A DNA stretch of 64,000 nt. It comes from Candidatus Bathyarchaeota archaeon (lineage in GTDB: Archaea > Thermoproteota > Bathyarchaeia > Bathyarchaeales > Bathycorpusculaceae). The translations under genes were made by a program, and so were the position numbers. How positions within the stretch are numbered: the first letter of the stretch is position 1; each line of letters begins with the position of its first letter. Where the stretch lies: NCBI GenBank assembly GCA_963772455.1, contig CAVYXJ010000012.1, positions 96,001-160,000 of the forward strand. Reading direction: 5' to 3'. The notes beneath the pieces are model-generated. The model was given only the letters and a program-made list of their open reading frames with translations, had not been told where the DNA came from and made no database searches. Positions 42,396 to 51,976 of the stretch are shown here, piece after piece.

Positions 42396-43377
42396 TTGTG
42401 TTTGTGTGTTTTTTGTGGTAGACCAACAAACCAGCAGCCACTACAATTATTGTTATAACTGAAATAATTGCAACAGTCACGGTTAGAAATGGCTGTATTA
42501 TGCTAAAGTAGATTGTTTTTGAAGCAACCCTATTTCCGTAAGTGTCATTGGCGTAGATTGTAAGGTTATGTTCTCCAAGAGGGAGTCCGGAAATAGTTGT
42601 ATTTCCAGTTAGAGTTGTGTTTAGTTGCTGGTCAATGCTGTAGCCTAGCCAAGTAGCAGGGTTATCGACATTGAAAGTTAATTGAACATTAGAGTTAGTA
42701 TATGTTTTATTCAGCGGAGATAGAATACTGATTTTGGGTGGAACTGCTATAGTAAAATTGATTGTTTGTGAAGCGCCAATGTTTCCCAACGGGTCATTAG
42801 CGTAGACTAATACATTATGTAAACCATTTGTTAATTCAGTTATAGTTCTGTTTCCAGTTACGGTGACGTTTTGTTTCCCATCAAGGCTATAAGCCGTCCA
42901 ATTAGAAGTTTTGTCTGTTGAGAATACTAAGGGCACGCTTGATTCATTGTAAGTTTGATTTTGTGGCGACGATAACGTTATTTTTGGTGCAATTGATTGG
43001 AAAACGGCTTGCACGGTGCATCTATAACCGAAACTTGTACTGTAGGGATAACCGACTGCAATAGTTGCGGGATTATCATAAAGTGTAGTGGTTTTGGTTG
43101 CGTTTGAGATTCTCCAATATAGAAATTCAAAACCTCTATCAGGGGACGCTGTTAACTGAACATGAACTTCATAAACATAATCGACAAGAATAATCTGGTT
43201 TCCAGCAGGAGGATCTGTTTTTCCGCCTGTTGAGGTTAAAACCGTAAGTATAGCAGATGGTTCCATCTGTTCCATCTGTGCTTTTACAATATTAAGATTC
43301 ATTGCACCGAGTATAAGGGTTGATGCTATTAGAATCAAAACTGAAACCTGCAAGTGCCTCTTAGATTTTAGCAACAA
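42391..43377 (-). CDS. Surface protein with repeated Ig-like domains and C-terminal TM anchor
   Basis: Signal peptide; twice P.I..LSP.N.TY....V.L.F......W..YS.D...N.T..GN.TI..L..G.H....YAND..GN; TM helix then HKKH. Confidence 0.88.
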   Translation of the reverse strand: MLLKSKRHLQVSVLILIASTLILGAMNLNIVKAQMEQMEPSAILTVLTSTGGKTDPPAGNQIILVDYVYEVHVQLTASPDRGFEFLYWRISNATKTTTLYDNPATIAVGYPYSTSFGYRCTVQAVFQSIAPKITLSSPQNQTYNESSVPLVFSTDKTSNWTAYSLDGKQNVTVTGNRTITELTNGLHNVLVYANDPLGNIGASQTINFTIAVPPKISILSPLNKTYTNSNVQLTFNVDNPATWLGYSIDQQLNTTLTGNTTISGLPLGEHNLTIYANDTYGNRVASKTIYFSIIQPFLTVTVAIISVITIIVVAAGLLVYHKKHTNTT

Positions 43378-43420
43378 TCTTCTAACCTTGCTTGTCAGAT
43401 TAATCTTTTAAATTTAGGCG

Positions 43421-43486
43421 ATAAAAGGGTTTTCGTCAAGGTTTCTGGACTAAGCACAGATTTTTTAGTTAAGTTATCATGACTAA
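43421..43486 (-). promoter_or_regulatory. Two 9-4-9 palindromic sites plus BRE/TATA, copy 3
   Basis: Minus strand: TTAGTCATG-ataa-CTTAACTAA ... TTAGTCCAG-aaac-CTTGACGAA-AACCCTTTTAT. Confidence 0.75.
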
Positions 43487-43671
43487 TAATTTAGATTCCC
43501 AAGCCTTGAATATGTGTCGTTTTTCAAGCTTTTTGTCGGTAGAACCTTTTTTATGGGCGTGGTTTACTGCAGTCTCTTTCCTCTGAAAACCTGCCCTCAC
43601 TAAAGAACTAAGATGAACTTGATTTATCCCAAAATGATTTTTCCTGTTAATTTTTCTTGGAGGTGATTTGT

Positions 43672-43959
43672 TTGGTTGATGAGATAGAGGTATCTGAGAA
43701 TAAGGAAGCCCTGATTGTTTTGGCTGGTTCAGTTGCGGGCGCTGCCACTACGTTTATTGCTTCTTTGCCACTTCCGCTGGAGATTAAGGCTCCGGCAGCT
43801 GCGTTAGCATCCACTGTGACTGGTGCGATTCTGCTTTACTGGAAGAACAAAGTCAACAAAAGCAATAAGCATCCACACTCTTCTTTCTTTGGGGAATTTG
43901 GGCTTTCTTTTCAGAATACGTCTTTTTTCCATAATCAATCCTTTATAAAGTCTAAATAA
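43672..43959 (+). CDS. Small two-TM protein (3' end possibly extended by an indel)
   Basis: GGAGGTGA SD before TTG; two hydrophobic helices then a basic tail. Confidence 0.55.
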   Translation: MVDEIEVSENKEALIVLAGSVAGAATTFIASLPLPLEIKAPAAALASTVTGAILLYWKNKVNKSNKHPHSSFFGEFGLSFQNTSFFHNQSFIKSK

Positions 43960-45084
43960 CCAAGATACGCTTCTGGAGTTACTGCCCAAAACCCAAATTC
44001 AAACGGATCGTTCATATCGTAAATTATTAAGCCAATAAGGGCAATAGCGATAGATATTAGGGTCATAGCTAATGTTGAAAGGAATTGGTTTTCGAATGGA
44101 ACTATGTACATTCCTGAAACAATTCCAAAAGATAGAACTATCAGTAGAGCCCATAGTATTTTTGGGACTTTTGCAGCAAAGAGAGATTGTATGTTTGCTT
44201 TCTGTTCGGATGCTTTTCTTAATTCATCATTAAGGTTGGTAAAAATCTCTATGTCCTTTGGGTTGCTGAGGTCAAAATCTTTGATAGAACCAAAAAGGTT
44301 GTCGAATTTTGATTCTAAGTAATCCATTTGCTTTGTTTGTTTCCAATAAACATCGATAACAGTGCTGGCATAACTTGAAAGGTTCTTTCTTAAGGCTTCA
44401 ATTAAGACTGGAACCCTCAATTCCAGTCCCAAAAGGTAAATGTTTCTCAGACCTGTTGTTTCCTTCTTTGTAGCATTAATTAATGCCATGTACTTATTCC
44501 AAACGTTAGCTATCATAAAACCTGTTATTATGGCATAGATTGTTCCAACTACTCCAATGAACATTGAGAGCAAGTTTTGATCTCTTTGCAAGAGCAGCGT
44601 TCGGGGTGCAAAAAAGGATGCTGAGAATCCAAGCCCTATTATCGTTGCAGTAATTGCATATGTCTTGAAGTTAATTCGTCTCCACGAAATTTTTGCTCTT
44701 CCTGAAGCTGCTGCTAATCGGGTTAGCCTTGAAAGCCTGATTGCGCTAACTATGCTGAGGGCTCTTAAAGCTGGTGCTGTAGCAAACAACTCTGATATTG
44801 GTTCAAGAATTGGTGAAAGAATAATTATCAGACTTATTGCTGTAAAGAGCTTGTTTGTTTTAATAAAATCTCGTTTATTTTTAGCACCTAAACCTTAAGT
44901 ATGAACTCAGCAAAGAACAGAGAATAAATTATCCAAGATAAGGCAGAAAAAACCAGGTTCTGGGTGGCGGTTAAATCAAAAAGATATTCACCGACTACGA
45001 TTGGAATAATCAGTAGAGCTAAAAAAACCATCAACGTATCAGAAAAAATGAGTATACTGAAGACCTTAGTTCGTCTCTATTCAC
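43935..45084 (-). CDS. Voltage-sensor-like domain fused to DUF4239/bestrophin-like domain (two T-run frameshifts)
   Basis: Reconstructed S1-S4 including FFAEFILK and RALSIVSAIRLSRLTRL; then GTIYAIITGFMIANVW, E...L, and LIIYDMNDPF. Confidence 0.7.
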
Positions 45085-45453
45085 AAGAGCAACTATTAGC
45101 TTTTGAAGAAATTAACTTTTTGGGAGAGTTAGCTCGACACAGTATGTACTATGAATCGAATAGGTCTTTAGTGCGCTATCTTGACCCGAAAGTAAGTTTT
45201 GAAGAAGCGCGGGCTAACGAGCCTTCATTTCTCAAGATAAATTTTCAATTTAGAGACAAACCAGCGCGCAGGGATAATGGAAAATGCTAAAAGGATAACT
45301 TGCTAAACCCCAATCGGGAAAACTGTAAGCAACAAAGTTGAGTATTGCTTGATTATTAAAAAGAAGTACCTTAACTTGATTCTATATGGATTGAGGTGGT
45401 GATTGTGGTTACACAGTCACAAAGCGTTAAGTGGCTATGGTTAGTGGATTAAA

Positions 45454-45651
45454 TGGTGAATAAACAAATGAGGTTTTGGCAATACAAAAAAAGTAGTTTA
45501 GCTAGTTTGCTTTCGTATGCTATTATAGCAATAATATCACGCGCATGCTACGAGTCAGTTATGCAAGTGGCGAATAAACAAATGAGTATTTGGCATAATA
45601 AAAAAGGTGGTTTAGCTGGATGGCTCTGGTATGCTATTATAGTGGTAGTAT
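45454..45651 (+). repeat. Imperfect tandem duplication (114-bp period) of a small-peptide gene start
   Basis: GAATAAACAAATGAG...TTTGGCA...AAAAA...TTTAGCT...GTATGCTATTATAG occurs twice. Confidence 0.85.
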
Positions 45652-45701
45652 TGATAATAGTTCTAATTCTTGCTCTGAGATTTCTTTTTGGCATAATATA
45701 A
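45582..45701 (+). CDS. 39-aa hydrophobic peptide with class III-like signal (KKG)
   Basis: MSIWHNKKGGLAGWLWYAIIVVVLIIVLILALRFLFGII; intact second copy of the repeat. Confidence 0.55.
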   Translation: MSIWHNKKGGLAGWLWYAIIVVVLIIVLILALRFLFGII

Positions 45702-46228
45702 GGCAAACTTGAAAAGCAGGAAGAAAGAGCTAAAGGTTTTTTTTACTATTCTCCCTGTCTTAACAGTTGGTTTGTGCGGTTAATTCGCCCGCGCGCACTC
45801 CTTTTTTTAATCTTTTATTTTTTTGGCTTAGCGGCAGCTTTGCCTGCTTTTTTATTATAATCTGGTTCTATAGTTGCAGAGATGTCAAAGTTTTTCGCTC
45901 TAAGTCGCCATCTGTAAGCAGATCCTCTTGGGAATAAGGATGGGAAAGATATTTTATAGTCAGTTTGTCTTCATCGCCTGCACCAACGCCTACCGTTCCA
46001 GAGTTATCATTGTTAATAGTTGCACCTTTGATAGTTGGGACGGTATCTATTGTTGTGATAATTAGGCATCGAAAATGCGCTTTATTTAGTAAGTAGACTT
46101 TTTTCCAAGTCATTGGGGCGTCGCTGATTATTCTCGGCTCCGGTTTCATTATAGTGCTTTCTGCTTTTGTAAATCAAAAAAATAAGTTTACGTTATTGCA
46201 GTCACAGTAAGATATCGAAAAAACCCTA

Positions 46229-46999
46229 TCAGCGAGTAGTAGAGATAATCCTAAGCAGTGTAATCCTTTGAAAGCGACCTGCTCCTCCTCCACCTGAGCC
46301 CCCTCCACCGAAGCCTCCTCCTCCACCACCACTACGTCCACCTGAGTAACCACCGCGGTAGCCTCCTCCTCCGCGCGTGCGTCCTGCAACTAATGCAATA
46401 ATTACGATCACTGCAATGACTACAAAGATTATGAGATCTGTGTCGAATTGTTCATTGTAGTCTTCTGTTGCAATAGCTGATGTTCCAATTGCTGTTTCAG
46501 CAATGGCTTTAACTCCGTCTATTGCCGCTCCAGAATAGTCTCCTTCTCTGAGCGCTGGCATAACGTAGTTGTCAAGGATGCGTCCACTTCGTCCATCTGT
46601 AAGGTTTCCTTCAAGTCCGTAACCAACTTCTATACCGCTGTGTGGTTTACCGTCTGAACCTGCAACTACAAGTACAAGAAGGACACCGTTGTCTTTTTCT
46701 TTGTCTCCTATTCCTTTAACTCCGCTTAGTGATTCATCATTGAATATTTTGTTTCTTGCAACTGATGTGTCAGAGCCTCCTCCGTAGCTATCCAAGTTTG
46801 TAAGTGTGACTACAACTATTTCTGCTGTTGAGTTACTGTCAACTACTTCACAGTAGTTGTTGATTATTGTCTCAGTTTGGGCATCAAGAATGTTTGCCCT
46901 GTCGTAGACATATGTTAGTCTAAGAGCTTGAACTTGAGCAATTGATGCTGATGCTACTAAAAGTAAAAAAATAGTGAGGATTAAGAGGTTCTTATTCAT
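46229..46999 (-). CDS. TPM-domain protein with Gly-rich tail
   Basis: VYDRANIL, AEIVVVT, G..EKDNGVLL, IEVGYGLEG.LTD, GGGGGFGGGGSGGGGA. Confidence 0.92.
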   Translation of the reverse strand: MNKNLLILTIFLLLVASASIAQVQALRLTYVYDRANILDAQTETIINNYCEVVDSNSTAEIVVVTLTNLDSYGGGSDTSVARNKIFNDESLSGVKGIGDKEKDNGVLLVLVVAGSDGKPHSGIEVGYGLEGNLTDGRSGRILDNYVMPALREGDYSGAAIDGVKAIAETAIGTSAIATEDYNEQFDTDLIIFVVIAVIVIIALVAGRTRGGGGYRGGYSGGRSGGGGGGFGGGGSGGGGAGRFQRITLLRIISTTR

Positions 47000-47583
47000 T
47001 AGAAGTCCACAACTGGTGGATTCTCGATTCCTTCATTGCCTTGGTAATACTCTTTTTTGGTATGTCCAAACATGCTACCTGGGAACGTTTGTACTGCTCT
47101 GTTGTAGTCTCCGATTGCTTCAATGTAGTTACCTCTCGCAACCGTAATACGATTTTGTGTTCCTGCAAGTTCATCCATTAATGTCTGGACAACTGTGACT
47201 GATTTCAGTTCAGGATAGCTTTCCATGGTTGCTAAGAACTGTCCTGTTGCTATGTTGAGGTTAACTCCTGCTGTATCTTGATTAAGTTCGGACTGTGCAA
47301 GTGAGTTTAGCCAAGCCGTTCTTGCGTTTGTAACGTTGGTTAAAACTCCTGCTTCAAATGTCATGTAGCCTTTTGCTGTTTCAACTAAATTTGGAATCAA
47401 GTCTGCTTGTCTCTGGTATTGGTTGCGCACTTCAGACCATTTCTGGTCTACTGTCACACCGAGACTGATGATGTTGTTGTTAATGGCAATAATGACTCCT
47501 GCAATGACTGCAATGATTGCAACAACTAAAATGACAATAATTAGTGCACCTATTCCTTTTTTGTTCTTTCTCAAGTTTTTCAT
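46999..47583 (-). CDS. lemA: LemA family protein
   Basis: W..V..QYQR.ADLIPNL, E.YPELKS, EL..T.NRI..AR..Y....YN.....FP. Confidence 0.93.
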   Translation of the reverse strand: MKNLRKNKKGIGALIIVILVVAIIAVIAGVIIAINNNIISLGVTVDQKWSEVRNQYQRQADLIPNLVETAKGYMTFEAGVLTNVTNARTAWLNSLAQSELNQDTAGVNLNIATGQFLATMESYPELKSVTVVQTLMDELAGTQNRITVARGNYIEAIGDYNRAVQTFPGSMFGHTKKEYYQGNEGIENPPVVDF

Positions 47584-47979
47584 CTAAATTCTTCCTTTTA
47601 TGTTGCTTGTGATTAATGCAACTGTGATTCTTCAGCACATACTAATGCATTGTTCTTGCTGTTTAGCGCGCTGTTTTGTCCATGAATCATTTTATAGGGA
47701 TTCTTGGAGCAGATTACTTACATTGTTTTGTGTTGTTAAGTTGAATGGATAAGAATCAAGAGGGTTGTACTTAAGATTTTTTCGTTATTTGCCATGAGTT
47801 CTTTTTTTTAATTTTGGGAATAGATTCGCGCTATCAAATACTTTGCAAACAATGTTCGTGCGCTAAAAATTACCTTCTATGTTTTGTTCGATTAACATAA
47901 AATGATGGCTGAACAAGATTTAAGACTGCAGGGTAAACTTTACATTATTGTTCCTTCTAATTTTAGGTAGGTGAAACAA

Positions 47980-48207
47980 ATGTCAGTTCCTTTCTATATG
48001 ATTCTTCGAACAGAGCCTAAAAGGTCTCAGTATGTTGCTTGTGAAACGCTTAAAATTGAAGGCGTTAAAGTTTCACATTCAGTTAAGGGAAATTATGATG
48101 TAATTCTCTATGCAGAAGGAAAAGACTTTGAGGATTTAAAACGTATCAGGTTGGCTGTGGAGAAAATTAAATTTTTAAAAGAAACTGAAACACTGATGCA
48201 TGCTTAA
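47980..48207 (+). CDS. Stand-alone Lrp/AsnC ligand-binding domain protein
   Basis: IEGVK.SH.V.G.YDVI and ETETL; AGGTGA SD. Confidence 0.82.
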   Translation: MSVPFYMILRTEPKRSQYVACETLKIEGVKVSHSVKGNYDVILYAEGKDFEDLKRIRLAVEKIKFLKETETLMHA

Positions 48208-48674
48208 TTTTTGCATAAAAATCAATCGTGTTACTGCATTTCGTCTTCTTTCAAGGGGTCTCTATGTTGTCTACGGTCACGCTCAGTATCACATACGCTA
48301 CGTGGAGCATGTTTTCCGGATATAATGTAATTCTGCTCTACAACATTAGGCGATTTCATGTTGTTTGTTGGATGAAGTTTGCTGAGATTTTTTATAACCA
48401 TTTTTAGAAGCACCTTTCTTTTTTTCTTTTAAATCAATTATAACAGTGTGATATGTGGTAGAATTAAACTTTCCCATCCATCACTCAATTTAAAATAATT
48501 ATTTCAAAAAGCAACATTTTTCATAGTAAACAATTACATTTTTTGTCATCTACTTTGAACCTTCGGACTTCTCTTAAGGAAAAAGACAATTGGCGGGGGT
48601 TAATAGTTCACTATCACTTTGATAGTTCAAAACATCTAAAAAATTTTGCCAACTTTTTCTTCAATTGAGTTGAT

Positions 48675-49451
48675 CTAGCGCAAATGACCAATTACTCTAG
48701 CTGGCTTATTCACTTGGCGCATTAGGTGTAAAACATTGCTTTCAGAAAGGCTCGCTAAAGCTACTGTTGCTGGACCTGCAGACTTGTTCACGTCCACCTC
48801 CTGCTGTTTAGCAATTGTGTAATTCAGCCTAGAACCCTGGGCGAGTGTCTTAAGCTCATGTGCTATCCCCGTTGATCCCACAGGAATCACTTCATGAACA
48901 TAGGTCAATTCTCTGATCTTCAGGATATCCGTTGAATCTACTATGTTTCTCGCCTTCTCGGCTCGAAGAACTTCGTTCCCAACTGAGGGGTTACCAATAG
49001 CTACAACAACGTCACCTGGAAGAGAGGTGCCAATTTTCAGTTTCACTCTACTGCAAGTTCCAATAACAGTGACACCGATACCTGTCTGCTCTACAATTAT
49101 GTTTTTTTCTGTGCTACCTGTCACTGCAAGTTTAGGATCCAAGCCTGCTTTTTTGGCTTCAGATCTAATTCCACGGAGAATAGCTGCACCAATCGGATTA
49201 GGCGCTACACCCAAAGCATCTACAATGCAGATTGGCATAGCGTTGACAGAGAGGACTTCCATGAGGGCTGTTCTGGCTGTAAATTTTCCGAGAGTGAAAC
49301 CACTAACCTTGATTTTGTCAAGAGGATTTGGTCCTATGCCACCAGCGGAGTCGCAACCGATGACAAGGATTTCATCGTGTGCTAACTGAAAAAGAAGGAC
49401 ATCCCTGTTAGTTTTTATTTGAGAAAGGACTGAGAAGGAGTTTTTGGTCAA
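48675..49451 (-). CDS. cblS: Alpha-ribazole kinase-like protein (AIR synthase fold)
   Basis: RD...........CDS.GGIG....D, R.ALME, GSTE.N....QTG.GVT, PVGS.GI..E, KSAGPAT; downstream of cblT-like gene. Confidence 0.75.
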   Translation of the reverse strand: MTKNSFSVLSQIKTNRDVLLFQLAHDEILVIGCDSAGGIGPNPLDKIKVSGFTLGKFTARTALMEVLSVNAMPICIVDALGVAPNPIGAAILRGIRSEAKKAGLDPKLAVTGSTEKNIIVEQTGIGVTVIGTCSRVKLKIGTSLPGDVVVAIGNPSVGNEVLRAEKARNIVDSTDILKIRELTYVHEVIPVGSTGIAHELKTLAQGSRLNYTIAKQQEVDVNKSAGPATVALASLSESNVLHLMRQVNKPARVIGHLR

Positions 49452-49993
49452 GTCTTCAGTTTCCTTCTAACGGCAAGATAGATGATGCCTGCGACAACAG
49501 CATTTAACGTTGCTGCAACCACTAGAAACGGTGCGTAGCCGAATGCGATTAGCCAGCCAACGTTTATGTCCTCAGCTAACCAAGGTACGAGAGGAAAAAC
49601 TAAAGCAGTGTTAATTGCAACACCTGAAACAAGTGCAGGTATAACTCCCAACGACTTATGCGTTTTGTTTAACAAGCCAATTGCCGCCGCCGCTAAAGCC
49701 ATGCCGATGGCTATTGGAATATGCAGTATACCCAAAGGAAAACCACTTGTTGCGGCTGTCGCTAAGTGTCCTATCCCGCTTACAAGGGCACCTTCGGCGG
49801 GTCCAAAGAGCAATGCGACAAAGAAACCTGGAAATGAGTCAAAGGCAAGGCTTCCAACTGGGCTTGGGATCTTAATAAGTGAGCCAACTACACTAAGAGC
49901 TGAGAATATGGCTAATCGTGCGGTCCGAATAGCGGGGGAAGTTTTGAGTATTGATGCCGTTTGGGTTTCTGGATTTGTTGGTTTGGGTATCAT
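49448..49993 (-). CDS. cblT: ECF transporter S component, alpha-ribazole transporter-like
   Basis: ALS.VG..IKIPSP.GS.AFDS.PGF, GHL.TA..SGFPL...H..IA..M. Confidence 0.75.
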   Translation of the reverse strand: MIPKPTNPETQTASILKTSPAIRTARLAIFSALSVVGSLIKIPSPVGSLAFDSFPGFFVALLFGPAEGALVSGIGHLATAATSGFPLGILHIPIAIGMALAAAAIGLLNKTHKSLGVIPALVSGVAINTALVFPLVPWLAEDINVGWLIAFGYAPFLVVAATLNAVVAGIIYLAVRRKLKT

Positions 49994-50385
49994 TATTTCA
50001 CCTTTTTAGTTTTAATTGAAAATGAATGGGATAAAAGCATTTTCGTGTGTATTACATATGTAGTGTGGCATTTTTTTGTTATAGTAGTTTTGTTTTTTGT
50101 TTGTCTTCGTTGTATTGATTGGGTTGTTGGTTGTTAGTTGCGTTAATTTATTTGTTTGTTTTTGGGTCTTGTTGTTTTTTGGGTGTTGTTTATCGGTAGA
50201 ATCTTTTTTATGGGCAAGCTGGGCTGCTGCTCTCTTCATACATGAAAATTGAATCCTGAATCCTAATATTAAGGTCTTTCTTGCGACATTTCTTCTATCA
50301 AGGCTTCAACTTTGCTGAAGAAAGCTAAATGTTAACAGAAAAAGTTATATCTTCTAAGAATTAGACATTAAAAGGGATTTTTTAA

Positions 50386-50970
50386 ATGAATAAAAAAACA
50401 TTAGCTATTATTGCAGTTGTTGTTGTAGTGATTGCAGTTGTGGCGGTTGGGGTTTACTTGGCTACTCAAGGCGGTTCAGGAGATAATTCGCCAAACACAA
50501 GTCCCACACCTACTGTAACACCAACACCCACAGGTACTAGCACTGCTACACCCACACCTACACCAAGTGGCACTGGAGGCAACATTGCAGAAGCAACAAG
50601 TTTGAAGTACAGCGTAAGCGTCACCGAAGGAGGACAAACACAAGGATACACCTACCAAGCTAAAAACCCCGGATCAGCCAACATAATGCTGCGAATAGAT
50701 TTCACAGACTCTTCAGGTGAGAAAACCATTTACGTTATAAATGGGGTGGAAAATAAGGCATGGACATTCTCTAATGGTGCCTGGGAAGACGTTTCTGCTG
50801 CATACCAAACACAATTCACCATATGGAATTCACTGTATCAAGGATACGTAAATAACCTCTCAACTTGGACTGGCGGAGACTGGACCTACACCGCGGAAGG
50901 CGCAACAGTAAGAATCTACGATATCAGTGTTAATCCATCAATACCAGATTCGGTCTTCCAACCTACCTAA
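50386..50970 (+). CDS. N-anchored secreted protein with PT linker
   Basis: N-terminal TM helix, TP repeats, beta-rich domain ending PDSVF.P. Confidence 0.8.
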   Translation: MNKKTLAIIAVVVVVIAVVAVGVYLATQGGSGDNSPNTSPTPTVTPTPTGTSTATPTPTPSGTGGNIAEATSLKYSVSVTEGGQTQGYTYQAKNPGSANIMLRIDFTDSSGEKTIYVINGVENKAWTFSNGAWEDVSAAYQTQFTIWNSLYQGYVNNLSTWTGGDWTYTAEGATVRIYDISVNPSIPDSVFQPT

Positions 50971-51080
50971 AACAAAACTCGAAAACAAAACAAAGCCTCA
51001 CTTTTTTTACTCCAATTGTCATCTGAATCTAACCCTTATTTTATTGATTAAAAAAGCAGTAAGAAACTTTAAAGCTCTGG

Positions 51081-51428
51081 CTACAATTCGGGCAAGTATA
51101 AGTGTTTACTTTTCCTGTAAATAAGGATAAATCCAATCAGAATAAGCAAAGCTGGCACTATGTAGAAAGCTGTGTAGGAAAGATACCAACCTATCCATGG
51201 CCAAACACTGTAGGTTGCCCCTAACAAATCCAGTTCCCTGATTGAATACAGGGTTAAAGTGGGCACCGATAACCATCCAATTGTAAGAAATATAAAGCCT
51301 ATACTGATTGCCAAGTACCCATTCTCTTTTGTTCTCCGAAAATGTAGAATCAAAACACCGCAAATCAGTACAAATATAATGACAGGAAGGAAATAACGGA
51401 ATAAATCAAGCAGTTGAAGTTCCCACAT
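51081..51428 (-). CDS. Three-TM membrane protein
   Basis: Hydrophobic helices. Confidence 0.6.
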   Translation of the reverse strand: MWELQLLDLFRYFLPVIIFVLICGVLILHFRRTKENGYLAISIGFIFLTIGWLSVPTLTLYSIRELDLLGATYSVWPWIGWYLSYTAFYIVPALLILIGFILIYRKSKHLYLPEL

Positions 51429-51634
51429 CGGCTTTCACTAATTTGCATTTCAAATGTTCACATATAATAATTTTTTAACAGTTGTTTCCTTGCCTTGTTT
51501 ATAGTGGTTGCAAGACAGAGCTCTTGCTTGCGAGGGCGACTTTTAGGGAGGGGTACTCGCTGCCTGGTTTTTTGTTGTCTTTATTGATTTACTTGTTTTT
51601 TCTTTGTTGTTTTCTTTTCGTTATTCTGTTTTAA

Positions 51635-51733
51635 GTGTTTTGGCATGGATTTCTTGCAGTTTTTGCAGCTGGAGGCCTTATTGCCGGTTTAGCATTAACG
51701 TACTTTGCTGTAAAAAAGCTAAAACGACGGTAG
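51635..51733 (+). CDS. 32-aa single-TM peptide or gene remnant
   Basis: GTG start: MFWHGFLAVFAAGGLIAGLALTYFAVKKLKRR. Confidence 0.4.
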   Translation: MFWHGFLAVFAAGGLIAGLALTYFAVKKLKRR

Positions 51734-51976
51734 GTTTTGTTCTGTATTTTTGTACTCTAAAATTTTGTTAAATTGAGAGACATTCGTTTTGGGCTAAAAA
51801 GACAACTATTATAATGCAATTAATAGCGATAGCAAAACTTCCATAGCTCATATACTCAGGTCACCTATGCATTCCAATGGTTATCTCTTAAGTTAAGTTT
51901 AGCTATTCTATGATTAGAAAAATGAAAAAGTTCAAAAAGTTAAAGATAAATTGGGGTTTGTTGATGTCTTTTACTT

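Noticed and set aside
44888-44892. In-frame TAG as pyrrolysine readthrough
   Set aside because: The protein continues in a different frame, so an indel rather than recoding is required
44964-45290. 108-aa plus-strand ORF
   Set aside because: Partly antisense to the reconstructed voltage-sensor gene and has no recognisable motif
50012-50300. Cobalamin riboswitch upstream of cblT, and the 75-aa ORF 50012..50239
   Set aside because: No B12-box or conserved core visible; the ORF follows from low-complexity composition
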